Assembly: GCA_046262915.1 (NCBI GenBank) | Contig: JBHELW010000312.1 | Coordinates: forward strand, 1-34,676 | Length of the DNA: 34,676 nt | Direction: 5' to 3' | DNA from: Mycobacteriales bacterium | GTDB lineage: Bacteria > Actinomycetota > Actinomycetes > BP-191 | Shown: one piece after another, positions 34,117 through 34,676 of the stretch | Layout of the letters: each line of letters begins with the position of its first letter | Numbering within the stretch: the first letter of the stretch is position 1 | Program-made: the position numbers and the translations under genes | The notes under the pieces: generated by a model | Told to the model about the DNA's origin: nothing | Database searches by the model: none | The model's input: only the letters and a program-made list of their open reading frames with translations

Positions 34117-34676
34117 GCGAAGAGCCGTTGCCGCTTGATGTGCGCACGGTGCAGGACATAGCGCGCCGCCACGACCAAGGTCTTCGTGCCGTAGGTCACG
34201 GACTGCCGGAAGCTCACCGACGACGAGTCCTGCTCATAGCGCGTCGTGACCGGTATCTCGACCAACCGCTTGCGACAGGCGAACGCCTGGAAGATGACCT
34301 CGGTGTCGAAGACGAAGTCGTTGTGGTTCCGCCGCCAAGGCACGGTCTCCAGGAACGAACGCGAGAAAGCGCGGTACCCGGTGTGCGCCTCGCTCAGGCT
34401 TGCGCCGAGCGCGGCGTTCTCGACCGACGTCAGCACGCGGTTGGCGAGCCGTTTCCACCACGGCATCCCGCCGCCCTTCGCGCCGCCAGGCGTCAGCATC
34501 CGCGACGCGAGCACGATGTCGGCACCGCCCTCGACGATCGGTGCCACCAGCTCGGGGACGAGCTGCGGGTCGTACTGACCGTCCGGGTGAAGCATCACGA
34601 CCACATCGGCACCGAGCCGCAGCGCCTCGGCGTAGCACGTCTTCTGGTTGGCGCCGTAGCCGGCGTTGACGTAGTG
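34110..34676 (-). CDS. Family 2 glycosyltransferase, 3' portion (5' end beyond the right edge)
   Basis: The frame is open from the window edge: HYVNAGYGANQKTCYAEALRLGADVVVMLHPDGQYDP...VLASR...EAHTGYRAFSRSFLE. It carries GT2 (DPM1/GtrB-like) DxD-region and acceptor-loop motifs. Confidence 0.8.
   Translation of the reverse strand, partial: HYVNAGYGANQKTCYAEALRLGADVVVMLHPDGQYDPQLVPELVAPIVEGGADIVLASRMLTPGGAKGGGMPWWKRLANRVLTSVENAALGASLSEAHTGYRAFSRSFLETVPWRRNHNDFVFDTEVIFQAFACRKRLVEIPVTTRYEQDSSSVSFRQSVTYGTKTLVVAARYVLHRAHIKRQRLFAC

Noticed and set aside
1-34676. Screen for CRISPR arrays, IS/transposase or integrase genes, phage genes, tRNA/rRNA genes and toxin-antitoxin or defence-system genes
   Set aside because: By eye I found no regularly spaced repeats, no transposase/integrase-like ORFs and no tRNA-like or rRNA sequence. 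The gene content is core housekeeping and cell-envelope, consistent with a conserved origin region rather than an accessory island.

Overview
This is a very GC-rich actinobacterial chromosomal replication-origin region. Its gene order matches the Streptomyces/Mycobacterium ori neighbourhood.

Gene order, left to right:
- Minus strand: gyrB (5' end only), dciA/DUF721, recF, gnd-like, dnaN, the oriC spacer, dnaA.
- Plus strand: rpmH, rnpA, yidD, yidC, jag, rsmG, parA (with an internal parS), parB.
- Next: a translationally coupled aminotransferase-ddl pair, a small basic-tailed membrane protein with a GNAT, then cwlM, trxA and trxB.
- Next: a Cys-rich membrane protein, a ZAS anti-sigma factor with an ECF sigma (SigM-like), a stand-alone MviN-type pseudokinase, and two NlpC/P60 endopeptidases.
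- Next: murJ, an Rv3909-like (DUF6049) protein, a NUDIX hydrolase, a YbaK-like protein, the CCA-adding enzyme and a FecR-like lipoprotein.
- Last: a four-gene coupled operon of GT2 (partial), methyltransferase, Leu/Val-type dehydrogenase and MFS transporter.

Many ORF-track entries are alternative-frame or antisense artefacts typical of high-GC DNA. Several real genes start well inside their ORF-track ORFs. I re-placed those starts using Shine-Dalgarno (SD) motifs, conserved N-termini and the recurrent GTGA/ATGA stop-start overlaps.

I saw no tRNA or rRNA genes, CRISPR arrays, IS elements or phage genes.

Most notable observations:
- A well-supported c-di-AMP (ydaO-type) riboswitch sits between the two NlpC/P60 genes.
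- trxB and trxA are unlinked, and each has its own GGAAT-N18-GTT (SigR/SigH-type) promoter.
- The MviN pseudokinase and ectodomain form a separate gene, split from murJ by hydrolase genes.
- Two coupled gene sets are unusual: aminotransferase-ddl and GT2-methyltransferase-dehydrogenase-MFS.

I do not see convincing evidence for a wholly new system. The candidates are flagged with their caveats.
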